Shown here in pieces: positions 17,912 to 28,297 of a DNA stretch of 32,000 bases; position 1 is the first letter of the stretch; each line of letters begins with the position of its first letter. The notes under the pieces are model-generated. The model had not been told where the DNA came from, did not search any database, and worked only from the letters and a program-made list of their open reading frames with translations. Both the position numbers and the translations under genes were made by a program. The stretch spans positions 36,673 through 68,672 of the forward strand of contig WRBK01000006.1 in NCBI GenBank assembly GCA_009784575.1. The letters are read 5' to 3'. Source of the stretch: Defluviitaleaceae bacterium. Its GTDB lineage: Bacteria; Bacillota; Clostridia; Lachnospirales; WRAX01.

Positions 17912-17946
17912 ATGGGCTTTCTTTGATTGGGATAGCTCATTTTTTG
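17912..17946 (+). terminator. Possible terminator after tRNA-Pro
   Basis: ATGGGCT (17912-17918) pairs with AGCTCAT (17934-17940) with one G-U pair and a 15-nt loop, followed by a T-run. Confidence 0.35.
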
Positions 17947-18038
17947 TACAAAATTTCTTTCTGCATAATGATTAATAATCTTATTATGCCATCAAGACGA
18001 AAAGCTCAAACAAATGTGAAAAATAATCACGAAAATGC

Positions 18039-18067
18039 TTGATAAAATGCTGATTTTATGGTAGAAT
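18039..18067 (+). promoter_or_regulatory. Sigma-A-type promoter for gyrB
   Basis: TTGATA (18039-18044) - 17 nt - TAGAAT (18062-18067), preceded by TGg as an extended -10. Confidence 0.6.
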
Positions 18068-18116
18068 TAATCGGTTGGAGATTTTTATGAAAATGCAACG
18101 AAGGAGAGAATTGTAG

Positions 18117-20057
<1,941 letters not shown>

Positions 20058-20064
20058 TAGGTTG

Positions 20065-21145
20065 ATGCAAATATTGCTTGCAATGTTCGCGTTGATATTG
20101 CCTGTGGCTCTTGTGGGCTGCGGAGATAATACGGACAATGCAGAAGATACACAAACCTATGAGACCATTGAGGAAATCGAAGAAGTCTAAGGGGATGAAG
20201 AGGACGAGAAAATATTGTCTTCTATCCCCATCGACCTAGCAACACAATACTTTGCTGACCATATTACGCGAGATGTAATTGCCAATCGTCCTGACCCTAG
20301 CGGTATTCTGATAAGGCAAGGCGAGGTTTATGTTTGCTTACTGCCAGAATATGCTACGGTTTTTGGTCAGGTGGTGAGCGATGGGTTTTGGTGACATAGT
20401 CTACAATGGCGGGTACTACAAGAACAGACCGCCTACATACGCTGTCTCACAAGGTTTTTCATTGGTGGTAGCTAACATTCTTAGGCGAAGATATGGGCAT
20501 CTGGAATAATAGCCATATGAACGAGCTGGAGGCGCGTATTAGTATCAGGCTAGAGATAAATGCGCTGGTTGTGGCATTTTACAGTGAAGGTGATGATAGG
20601 CTATCGGGGCTATTAATGATGCTCTGTCAATCCGTGCAGAGCGTGGGCGCATGTTTGAAAGAGGCGCAGACGAGAACAAGATTGAGCTAGTGGAGGGTTT
20701 GGCGAAATATACAGAACTTAGCTTAAATATAAATCCGCTGTCAATGATGCTAAAAGAAGCAACGACAATCACAAAACCTAGACCTCTATACGAGATTAAC
20801 ATACAGCCATATAGATATGAGGATATTTCTTCCGAAGAAAGAATGTGGCTCAGCATACAAGAAAGTACGCTACAAGGAATCATAGATACCTTAGAGAACC
20901 AAACACTATTATTGTTTTGCTCAAGCACCTTTGAAGGCTTTAATTCTACATTTAGCGGTCAAAGATTCTCTTTTGCGGATTTTGGATTAGTGCTTAGAGG
21001 AGATGTAGAATTTATTGAAAACTTTGGGCAGCTAACCTTGCGAAATGGTGACCTTATTATACGCGAAGATGGTTTGATTACGACTGCTATACAGGATATA
21101 GAGATAGATGGCAAAAGAGCTTTTGGTTCTGATTGGGGGCTAGTC
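20065..21145 (+). pseudogene. Degraded lipoprotein-like gene, with at least one in-frame stop and several frame changes
   Basis: It opens MQILLAMFALILPVALVGCGDN (lipobox LVGC). A TAA at 20188-20190 interrupts the frame. The reading frame then changes near 20390, near 20490 and near 20615. The last segment (20651 onward) runs in frame into the HicB-like ORF. Confidence 0.45.
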
Positions 21146-21358
21146 ATGCATCAATACCATATAAATGTATTCTATAGCAAACTAGACGAAGGCTTTATTG
21201 CCGATGTGCCAGACCTCCCTGGCTGCTCCGTGCTAGCAAAAACACCAGACGAAGCTATGCACCTTATAATGTCAGAAATGGAGCGGTGGTTGAAGATGAC
21301 AAAGGCAGCAGGAGAGGAAGTGCCAAAGCCGCAGTATAAGCCTGCTGTGTATAGATAG
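21146..21358 (+). CDS. HicB-like / UPF0150-type small protein (70 aa)
   Basis: MHQYHINVFYSKLDEGFIADVPDLPGCSVLAKTPDEAMHLIMSEMERWLKMTKAAGEEVPKP matches the HicB N-domain pattern (GY-A-VPDLPGC...T-EEA...W). GGGGG lies 6 nt upstream of the ATG at 21146. The frame is also open upstream to 20651, so the true start is uncertain. Confidence 0.55.
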   Translation: MHQYHINVFYSKLDEGFIADVPDLPGCSVLAKTPDEAMHLIMSEMERWLKMTKAAGEEVPKPQYKPAVYR

Positions 21359-21386
21359 CAGAAATTACAAAAAAGCTGGAGATACG

Positions 21387-21570
21387 ATGCTTGCCAAAAA
21401 AGAAGTTATTAGCGACTTTGTTTTGCTTTTAGGTTACTTTGGTTTTGAGTTCCGAAGAGGAAGCGATAAAGGAAATCATGATAGCTATGAAACTTTGGTT
21501 TGATGCCGCTAAAGAAGATGGCGAAAAATCCCCAGAACCACGCTATAAACCCGCAATTTACCAAATATAA
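21387..21570 (+). pseudogene. Second HicB-like copy, frameshifted
   Basis: One frame gives MLAKKEVISDFVLLLGYFGFEF. The +1 frame continues [40 protein letters not shown]. This parallels TPDEAMHLIMSEMERWLKMTKAAGEEVPKPQYKPAVYR of the upstream copy. Confidence 0.45.
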
Positions 21571-21593
21571 AGGACACAAAGGGAAGATTAAAA

Positions 21594-24086
21594 ATGGATG
21601 AATTTAACGAAAGAAACATTGACAAGGTAGTTTCTGTAAAAATTGAAGAGGAAATGAAGCAGTCTTATATAGACTATGCCATGAGCGTTATTATGGCGCG
21701 GGCATTGCCTGATGTGCGTGATGGGCTAAAACCCGTGCATAGGCGCATTTTGCATTCTATGAATGAGCTAAATCTCGACTATGGCAAGCCGTACAAAAAG
21801 TCGGCACGTATTACAGGCGACGTTATGGGTAAATATCATCCCCATGGTGATGCTGCTATATATGATGCCCTTGTGCGCCTAGCACAAGATTTTTCTTTGC
21901 GCTATATGCTAGTGGATGGGCATGGTAACTTTGGCTCTATGGACGGTGACGAAGCGGCGGCGGCACGTTATACCGAGGCGCGCCTTTCTCGTATAGCTAT
22001 GGAAATGCTCACAGATATAGAGAAAAACACTGTGGATTTTGTTCCGAACTACACAGAGGAGCTTGTTGAACCCGCCGTTTTACCTGCCAGATACCCAAAT
22101 CTGCTTGTTAATGGTTCTTCGGGCATTGCTGTAGGCATGGCAACCAATATCCCGCCGCATAATCTTACGGAGTGTATAGATGCCGTAGTACAAATGATTG
22201 ACAATCAAGTAAACGAAGGGCGCGAGACAGATATCGACGAGCTTCTTCGCATTGTAACTGGACCAGATTTTCCTACAGGAGCTACCATCCTAGGTACATC
22301 TGGTATACGCTCTGCATATACCACAGGTCGCGGTAAGGTTACATTGCGTGCCATATGCGACATACAACCAATGCCAAATGGGCGCGAGATGATTGTGGTT
22401 ACAGAGATTCCGTATCAAGTAAACAAGGGCAAGATGCAAGAAAAAATGGCAGACCTCGTTAAAGATAAAAAAATCGAGGGCATATCTGATATACGTGATG
22501 AAAGCGACAGAAACGGCATGAGAGTGGTCATTGAGCTTAAAAAAGATGCCAATGCTCATGTTGTGCTTAATTTGTTGTATAAATATACAAGCCTACAAGA
22601 GACTTTTGGCGTGAATATGCTTGCCCTCGTCAACGGAGAGCCGCGCGTACTTAATCTCAAAGATATTTTGGCGCATTATCTCGGTCATCAAAAAGAGGTT
22701 GTTACGCGCCGCACACAATTTGAGCTAGCACGGGCAGAAAAGCGTCAGCATCTTGTTGAGGGCTTCTTGAAAGCACTTGATTTTATTGATGAAATTATAA
22801 GCATCATCCGTAGCAACCGTGAAATTGCGCGGTCTAAGGAGATTATCATAGAGCGTTTTGGCTTTAGCATAGAACAAGCCGATGCCATTGTGGAGATGCG
22901 CCTACGTGCACTTTCTGGGCTAGAGCGCGAGAGGTTAGAAAAAGAGTTTGAACAGCTACGCGAGACCATAGCGTATCTAAAATCCATCTTGGGTGATGAA
23001 AACATTTTGCTTGGTGTTATTCGTGAGGAAATTCTTGCCATTAAGGACAAGTTTGGTGATGTACGCCGTACGCAAATAGTTGCGGATGAAGGTGAGATAG
23101 ACTTTGAAGACCTTATAGACGAAGAGACATGCGTTATCACCCTTACCCATCTTGATTATGTAAAGCGTTTGCCGCTTGATACCTATAAAAGCCAAAAGCG
23201 CGGTGGCAAGGGTGTTCTTGGGCTTACCACGCGGGACGAAGACCTCATAAAACAGCTATTCATAGCTAGCACCCATGCGGATGTTGTGTTTGTCACCACC
23301 AAGGGGCGCGCGTATCGTCTAAGGGCATACCAGATACCAGAGGCGGGCCGTGCCGCAAAGGGTTCTGCTATCGTAAACCTGCTAAAGCTTGCTCCTGACG
23401 AAAAGGTGGCCAGTGTCATCGTAGTGGATAGCTACGAAAACGGTTATCTCACGATGGTCACAAAAAATGGAATTGTGAAAAAAACGCCGCTTTCTGTCTA
23501 TGCAAATATCAACAAATCTGGGCTTGCCGCCATTGTGCTACGTGAAGGCGATGAGCTTGTTAAAACCATGATGACAAATGATGATGACGATATATTTATG
23601 GCAAGCCACGAGGGCAAAGGGTTGCGCTTTAGCGCATCTAGCATACGCCCTGTGGGCCGCACATCTATTGGCGTTATGACCATCAAATTAGCCGACGGCG
23701 ACTATGTTGTAGGTGCTGAAATTGTGCGAGATGACATGAAGCTGCTCATGGTATCCGAAAAGGGGTTTGGCACGCGTACAGAATTTGATGAATTTAGCAC
23801 AAAAGGTCGCCGCGGTAAGGGCATGAGCGCGTATAAATACAACGAAAAAACGGGTAAACTAATAGGCATGGTTAGCGTGAGCGATAAAGAGGAATTGTTA
23901 TTAATAAATTCCGAAGGCGTGATTATTCGTATACCTGTAGATGGCATAAGAACCACAGGTCGCGCTGCATCTGGTGTGAAGTTGATAGATTTAGAGGATG
24001 GAACTACTGTGGTTGGATTTGCAAAGGTACCCGAAGAGGATGTAGTGGAAGCAGATGATGTAGAAGCAGGCGATAATAATGAATAA
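21594..24086 (+). CDS. gyrA: DNA gyrase subunit A
   Basis: 830 aa. QRDR segment [18 protein letters not shown], active-site region [10 protein letters not shown], GyrA box QKRGGKG and an acidic C-terminal tail. Confidence 0.95.
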   Translation: MDEFNERNIDKVVSVKIEEEMKQSYIDYAMSVIMARALPDVRDGLKPVHRRILHSMNELNLDYGKPYKKSARITGDVMGKYHPHGDAAIYDALVRLAQDFSLRYMLVDGHGNFGSMDGDEAAAARYTEARLSRIAMEMLTDIEKNTVDFVPNYTEELVEPAVLPARYPNLLVNGSSGIAVGMATNIPPHNLTECIDAVVQMIDNQVNEGRETDIDELLRIVTGPDFPTGATILGTSGIRSAYTTGRGKVTLRAICDIQPMPNGREMIVVTEIPYQVNKGKMQEKMADLVKDKKIEGISDIRDESDRNGMRVVIELKKDANAHVVLNLLYKYTSLQETFGVNMLALVNGEPRVLNLKDILAHYLGHQKEVVTRRTQFELARAEKRQHLVEGFLKALDFIDEIISIIRSNREIARSKEIIIERFGFSIEQADAIVEMRLRALSGLERERLEKEFEQLRETIAYLKSILGDENILLGVIREEILAIKDKFGDVRRTQIVADEGEIDFEDLIDEETCVITLTHLDYVKRLPLDTYKSQKRGGKGVLGLTTRDEDLIKQLFIASTHADVVFVTTKGRAYRLRAYQIPEAGRAAKGSAIVNLLKLAPDEKVASVIVVDSYENGYLTMVTKNGIVKKTPLSVYANINKSGLAAIVLREGDELVKTMMTNDDDDIFMASHEGKGLRFSASSIRPVGRTSIGVMTIKLADGDYVVGAEIVRDDMKLLMVSEKGFGTRTEFDEFSTKGRRGKGMSAYKYNEKTGKLIGMVSVSDKEELLLINSEGVIIRIPVDGIRTTGRAASGVKLIDLEDGTTVVGFAKVPEEDVVEADDVEAGDNNE

Positions 24087-24090
24087 CATG

Positions 24091-24115
24091 GAGGCGGCCT
24101 TTGGTCGCCTCTTTT
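24091..24115 (+). terminator. Rho-independent terminator after gyrA
   Basis: GAGGCGGCC (24091-24099), loop TTT, GGTCGCCTC (24103-24111) with one G-U pair, then TTTT. Confidence 0.75.
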
Positions 24116-24429
24116 GATGTAAGTAATGCTGCTATATAGACACTAAAGTAATTTAACTTGAAAATGGGCTTCTGCCCATGTCGATACTTGCATCAACGAG
24201 GCTTTGAATGCGCTTGGTGCCGCGCACTCTAAGCTCGATACAAGACCCTTTTCAACTAAAATGACTATAAAGGACGTTTTTGCGGTTCGAAAATTACCTC
24301 ACGTTTGTATGCTGTGTTTTGCACCAATCCCCCATAAATGCAAAAAAATACTAGCCCTTCCATTAATTATGAATTAACAAGACTGAGCTTGTATGATATT
24401 CTATTGTATAAAGAAAGGGGATAAATCAA

Positions 24430-24885
24430 ATGAATACAGACAAATTATCTGTAACACCAGAATCTATCAAGGATGAAAAGCTTGCAAAAAGATTTCTGAT
24501 TTTTGGCAATAATGTGAGATTGGCACGCAAGAAAATGGGTTTTTCATCTACAGATTTTGCAAGATTTCTTGGCATTTCCGTAGCCTATGTAGGCCTAATA
24601 GAAAGAGGCGAGAGAACTCCAAGTGTTGAAATGTTGATAAAAATCTGTGACTTTTTTGGCAGAAGTGTGGATAGTATGATGGCTTCTGTAGGTGATAAAT
24701 CATCGGTGAAAGGAAGCGAAAAGAGACCAAAGAAATATATGAGCCGCAGGCAAACAACAGCGGTCAATATGATGACAACTTTTGATAAGCATGAGCTGGA
24801 CTTTATAATTAGCACTATGAGAAGCCTGAAAGCTCTTGGTTCAGATAGGCGGAATGAACATGACTGCACTTGTCCTGATGAGTGA
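24430..24885 (+). CDS. XRE-family helix-turn-helix regulator with an unassigned C-terminal half
   Basis: The HTH_3 pattern is NVRLARKKMGFSSTDFARFLGISVAYVGLIERGERTPSVEMLIKICDFF. SD is AAAGGGGA. The last roughly 65 aa match no family I recognise. Confidence 0.8.
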   Translation: MNTDKLSVTPESIKDEKLAKRFLIFGNNVRLARKKMGFSSTDFARFLGISVAYVGLIERGERTPSVEMLIKICDFFGRSVDSMMASVGDKSSVKGSEKRPKKYMSRRQTTAVNMMTTFDKHELDFIISTMRSLKALGSDRRNEHDCTCPDE

Positions 24886-24889
24886 TATT

Positions 24890-24926
24890 AAAAACCCCGA
24901 CAAACACGAAACTTGTCGGGGTTTTT
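24890..24926. terminator. Bidirectional terminator shared by the XRE gene (+) and tRNA(CAU) (-)
   Basis: A-run, then the 9-bp stem CCCCGACAA (24895-24903) / TTGTCGGGG (24913-24921), then TTTTT. Confidence 0.85.
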
Positions 24927-24930
24927 AATA

Positions 24931-25004
24931 TGGGTCCTCAGGGACTCGAACCCGGGACCACTCGGTTATGAGCCGAGCGCTCTAACCAACTGAGCTAAGG
25001 ACCC
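24931..25004 (-). tRNA. Elongator-type tRNA with anticodon CAU (tRNA-Met, or tRNA-Ile2 if modified to lysidine)
   Basis: Minus-strand cloverleaf: acceptor GGGTCCT/AGGACCC, D arm GCTC-AGTTGGTTA-GAGC, anticodon stem CTCGG/CCGAG with loop CTCATAA, T arm CCGGG-TTCGAGT-CCCTG with one C-U mismatch. The G1-C72 pair excludes an initiator tRNA. Confidence 0.85.
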
Positions 25005-25036
25005 ACAAAAGCAATTTCTAATTTGCTACCTTGGTA

Positions 25037-25065
25037 ATGATACACTATTTTTCACTAGATGTCAA
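25037..25065 (-). promoter_or_regulatory. Sigma-A-type promoter for tRNA(CAU)
   Basis: On the minus strand, TTGACA - 17 nt - TATCAT. It ends about 32 nt before the tRNA 5' end. Confidence 0.6.
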
Positions 25066-25087
25066 TAGCGATTTTTATTTTTTATTT

Positions 25088-26998
25088 TCAATCCATTTGG
25101 CACTTTTCCCACTCTTCTAGTAATGCGGCTAGTTTCTCTTCTTGAGCGGCTTTCATGAGATACACTTCTTGTGCTTTTGTGGCATCTGTGGCTATTTCAT
25201 CTTTTGCCAGCTCTTCATCTAGGCTTGCTATAGCGGCTTCTGCTTCTTCTATTTGCATTTCTAGTTTTTCTATGCGGGCTTTGTTTTTGCGGGCTATGGC
25301 GGCTTCTTCTTTGTTGCGTAAGTAGTCGTCTTTATTGGTATTCGGGCGGATGAGAGCCGCCCCCGCAGGGGCGATGTCTGCCATCGTGGATATTTCAGCT
25401 TTTTTGTCAATATAATAATCATAGTTGCCTAGATATACTGCGCTGCCCTCTTTTTTTAGCTCATATATTTTTTCAGCCGTATTGTTGATGAAGTAGCGGT
25501 CATGGGAGATATATAGAGCTGTACCCTCATAGTCTATTAGTGCATTTTCCAAGATTTCTTTGGAAAATAAATCTAGGTGGTTTGTTGGCTCGTCAAGCAA
25601 AAGAAAATTAATGTCACTCAGCATTAGCTTGCAAAGTGCCACGCGTCCACGCTCGCCGCCAGACAGTGTACCAAGTTTTTTGTCTATCTCATCACCCATA
25701 AAAAGGAAGGATGCAAGAGCATTGCGTATCTCCAAATTTTTCATACGGGGATATGTGTCAGATATTTCTTGGAAAATAGATTTTTCGGCATTATCGAATT
25801 TCAACTCTTGGTCATAATAACCAATCTTTACATTTGTACCAAGGGTTACGGCTTCATCACCATTTCTAAGCATACTAAACAGAGTGGTCTTGCCCACACC
25901 ATTTTCGCCTATCAACGCGACCTTTTCGCCGCGCTTTATCTCTATATTCATATTTTCAAAAAGGGTATAGCCATCATCAAAGGTCTTTTTGGCATTGCGT
26001 ATGGTTAGCACGTCATTTCCGCTTTGCATGGTAGGCACAAGCTTTAAACGCATTTTGTCAGGTGCGTTTTGTGGTCTGTCTTTGCGGTCTATTTTAGCTA
26101 GCTGTTTTTCTTTGCTTCTGGCTCTACGAATGGACTTTTCTCGGTTAAAGGAGCGCAAAAGGCGTATGCTCTCCATTTGTTTTGCTATCTCTTTTTGCTG
26201 TGATGTATATTGATGCATCTCTATTTCAAAATCCCGCGCTTTTTGCTCCAGAAATGAGCTGTAGTTGCCGCGATAACTTTTGGCTTTGCCATGCTCTATT
26301 TCCACAACCTTTTTTGCTACTTTGTCTAGGAAATAACGGTCATGAGAAATGATAATAACAGCCTTTTCGTATTCGCGCAAAAAATAGTCCTCTAGCCATG
26401 TTATGGCGGCTATATCCAGATGGTTTGTTGGTTCATCTAATAATAACAGGTCTGGCTCCTCTAGGAGGAGTTTGCCAAGAGCGACGCGAGTTTTTTGTCC
26501 GCCGCTAAGCTTGGCTATCTCCAGCGTGTGTTCAACCTCATTAAAGCCAAGCCCTGCCAAAACACCTCGCACACGGCTTTTGTACTCATACCCGCGGTTA
26601 TCTTCAAATTCTTTGGTTAGCCTTGTATATTTTTCCATTAGCCGCTCTAGCGCATCGCCCGTAAGAGCCGCCATTTCCGCCTCCATGCGGCGTATGTCCG
26701 CTTCCATATCTGCCAAATGGTCAAAGACAGACAGCAGCTCATCATATATTGTGTTTTCTGCTGCCAAATCCATATGCTGCGAAAGATACGCCATGCGCGC
26801 ACCCTTTTTTAATGCGATTTCGCCGCTATCCGCCGCAAGCTCACCCAAAACTATCTTGAACAGCGTGGTCTTGCCTGCGCCATTAACTCCAACAAGAGCC
26901 ATCTTTTCTTTTTCTTCCACCATAAAGGACACGCCACGTAGCACCGTGGTCGCGCCAAAAGATTTTTGTATGTCTTTACAAGAAATAATCATTATCAA
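25088..26998 (-). CDS. ABC-F family ATPase: two ABC domains, no TM domain, C-terminal coiled coil
   Basis: 636 aa. Walker A motifs GVNGAGKTT and GENGVGKTT, signature motifs LSGGQK and LSGGER, Walker B LLLLDEPTNHLD and FLLLDEPTNHLD. The tail is rich in Glu, Ala and Lys. Confidence 0.9.
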   Translation of the reverse strand: MIMIISCKDIQKSFGATTVLRGVSFMVEEKEKMALVGVNGAGKTTLFKIVLGELAADSGEIALKKGARMAYLSQHMDLAAENTIYDELLSVFDHLADMEADIRRMEAEMAALTGDALERLMEKYTRLTKEFEDNRGYEYKSRVRGVLAGLGFNEVEHTLEIAKLSGGQKTRVALGKLLLEEPDLLLLDEPTNHLDIAAITWLEDYFLREYEKAVIIISHDRYFLDKVAKKVVEIEHGKAKSYRGNYSSFLEQKARDFEIEMHQYTSQQKEIAKQMESIRLLRSFNREKSIRRARSKEKQLAKIDRKDRPQNAPDKMRLKLVPTMQSGNDVLTIRNAKKTFDDGYTLFENMNIEIKRGEKVALIGENGVGKTTLFSMLRNGDEAVTLGTNVKIGYYDQELKFDNAEKSIFQEISDTYPRMKNLEIRNALASFLFMGDEIDKKLGTLSGGERGRVALCKLMLSDINFLLLDEPTNHLDLFSKEILENALIDYEGTALYISHDRYFINNTAEKIYELKKEGSAVYLGNYDYYIDKKAEISTMADIAPAGAALIRPNTNKDDYLRNKEEAAIARKNKARIEKLEMQIEEAEAAIASLDEELAKDEIATDATKAQEVYLMKAAQEEKLAALLEEWEKCQMD

Positions 26999-27010
26999 TC
27001 ACCACTGGTA

Positions 27011-27040
27011 ATTATAACACATCTTTTCATAAATTAGCAA
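27011..27040 (-). promoter_or_regulatory. Candidate promoter for the ABC-F gene
   Basis: On the minus strand, TTGCTA - 18 nt - TATAAT, with TGt immediately upstream of the -10. Confidence 0.5.
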
Positions 27041-27045
27041 TATTG

Positions 27046-27074
27046 TTTACTAATCAATTAGTTTATGCTAGAAT
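27046..27074 (+). promoter_or_regulatory. Candidate promoter for the patatin/GGDEF/kinase operon
   Basis: TTTACT (27046-27051) - 17 nt - TAGAAT (27069-27074), with TGc as an extended -10. Confidence 0.5.
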
Positions 27075-27101
27075 TGTATTGTATAAGAAAGAAGGGGTAA
27101 T

Positions 27102-28280
27102 ATGCAGGGAATAGCCTTAGAAGGCGGCGGCGCAAAGGGCGCGTATCACATAGGTGTAATGAAGGCTCTGTATGAGGCGGGTTATTCTTTTGATGGTTTT
27201 GTGGGTACATCTATAGGGGCTATTAACGCCGCCATATTGGCTGGCGGCGACTTTGAAAAAGCCTTAGAGGTATGGTCTCAAATAACCATGGAGCATATTT
27301 TTGATGAAGATGAGCATCCTTTGCTTCAACTGGCCGATGGAAAAACAAAGTTAGGCTCTGGTTTTTTAACTGATGCAAGACGCAAGGCAATAGCGAAAAT
27401 AATTGAAAACAGAGGCATAAATACCAAGAAAATAAAAGAATTTCTTGGTCAATATGTCGATGAAGAAAAGATACGCGCGGCTGGTAAAGATTTTGGACTA
27501 GTGACTGTGAACCGTAGCGAGCTAAAGCCATATGAATTAATGTTAGAAGACATCCCGCAGGGCCAGCTCTTTAATTATTTGATGGCAAGCGCGGCCCTGC
27601 CTGTTTTTCGTGTGGAATCTATTGACGATAAGAAATATCTGGACGGCGCATTTTACAACAATTGCCCCTACCATCTTCTGTTAGCAAAAAATTATGAAGA
27701 AGTAATCGTAATAAGAACAAATGCCGCGGGTATTTTTAGGAAAACAGACGACCCAAGGGTAAAATACATCATTCCAAGCGGCAATATAGGTAGTACATTG
27801 TTTTTTTCGCCAGAAATAAGCTCATCGCAGATACAGCTAGGCTATTACGATGGTCTGCGCTTTGCTAGAGGCTTGCTAGGCAAGACATATTGTATAAACC
27901 CTGATAGCTCAATAGACTTTTCCGCAAGGCTAATGTCGCTAGATAATGACATAATTTACAGCGTAGGCAGCATGTTAAATTTATCAAAAATACCCGCAAA
28001 GCGTATGCTTTTTGAAAAAATCATACCAAAGCTAGGTATGCATATGAAGCTAGGCAAGGACTTTGAGTATAAGGACTTTGCAATTGCCCTACTAGAGTTG
28101 GCGGCAAGCCAAAAGGGCATAGAACGTTTTTGTGTCTATGATTACGAGGAGTTGCGCGATTTGGTAAGAAGCACACCAGATACAAAGGGGGCAACAAAAC
28201 AAATCGTCAAATTATCATCACCAAATATTGTAGTAAATAAAAGAGCTGCGGTTAGACTGCTTTGCAAACACATACTTTAA
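27102..28280 (+). CDS. Patatin-like phospholipase
   Basis: Oxyanion motif GGGAKG (27123-27140), nucleophile elbow GTSIG (27204-27218) and catalytic Asp motif DGAF. The C-terminal roughly 190 aa are unassigned. Confidence 0.9.
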   Translation: MQGIALEGGGAKGAYHIGVMKALYEAGYSFDGFVGTSIGAINAAILAGGDFEKALEVWSQITMEHIFDEDEHPLLQLADGKTKLGSGFLTDARRKAIAKIIENRGINTKKIKEFLGQYVDEEKIRAAGKDFGLVTVNRSELKPYELMLEDIPQGQLFNYLMASAALPVFRVESIDDKKYLDGAFYNNCPYHLLLAKNYEEVIVIRTNAAGIFRKTDDPRVKYIIPSGNIGSTLFFSPEISSSQIQLGYYDGLRFARGLLGKTYCINPDSSIDFSARLMSLDNDIIYSVGSMLNLSKIPAKRMLFEKIIPKLGMHMKLGKDFEYKDFAIALLELAASQKGIERFCVYDYEELRDLVRSTPDTKGATKQIVKLSSPNIVVNKRAAVRLLCKHIL

Positions 28281-28297
28281 GAGGAGGAATTTGTAAG

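Noticed and set aside
18087-18116. A 9-codon upstream ORF (MKMQRRREL) in the gyrB leader. It has a GGAG 6 nt upstream and ends 3 nt before the gyrB ATG.
   Set aside because: It is too short to tell apart from chance. Its Arg-rich codons are just the purine-rich gyrB SD read in frame. Only conservation or ribosome profiling could revive it.
24164-24232. A 22-codon Cys-rich ORF (MGFCPCRYLHQRGFECAWCRAL) in the spacer after gyrA
   Set aside because: It has no SD (AACTTGAAA precedes the ATG). Its first codons are simply the arms of the ATGGGC/GCCCAT hairpin. There is no adjacent modification or export gene.
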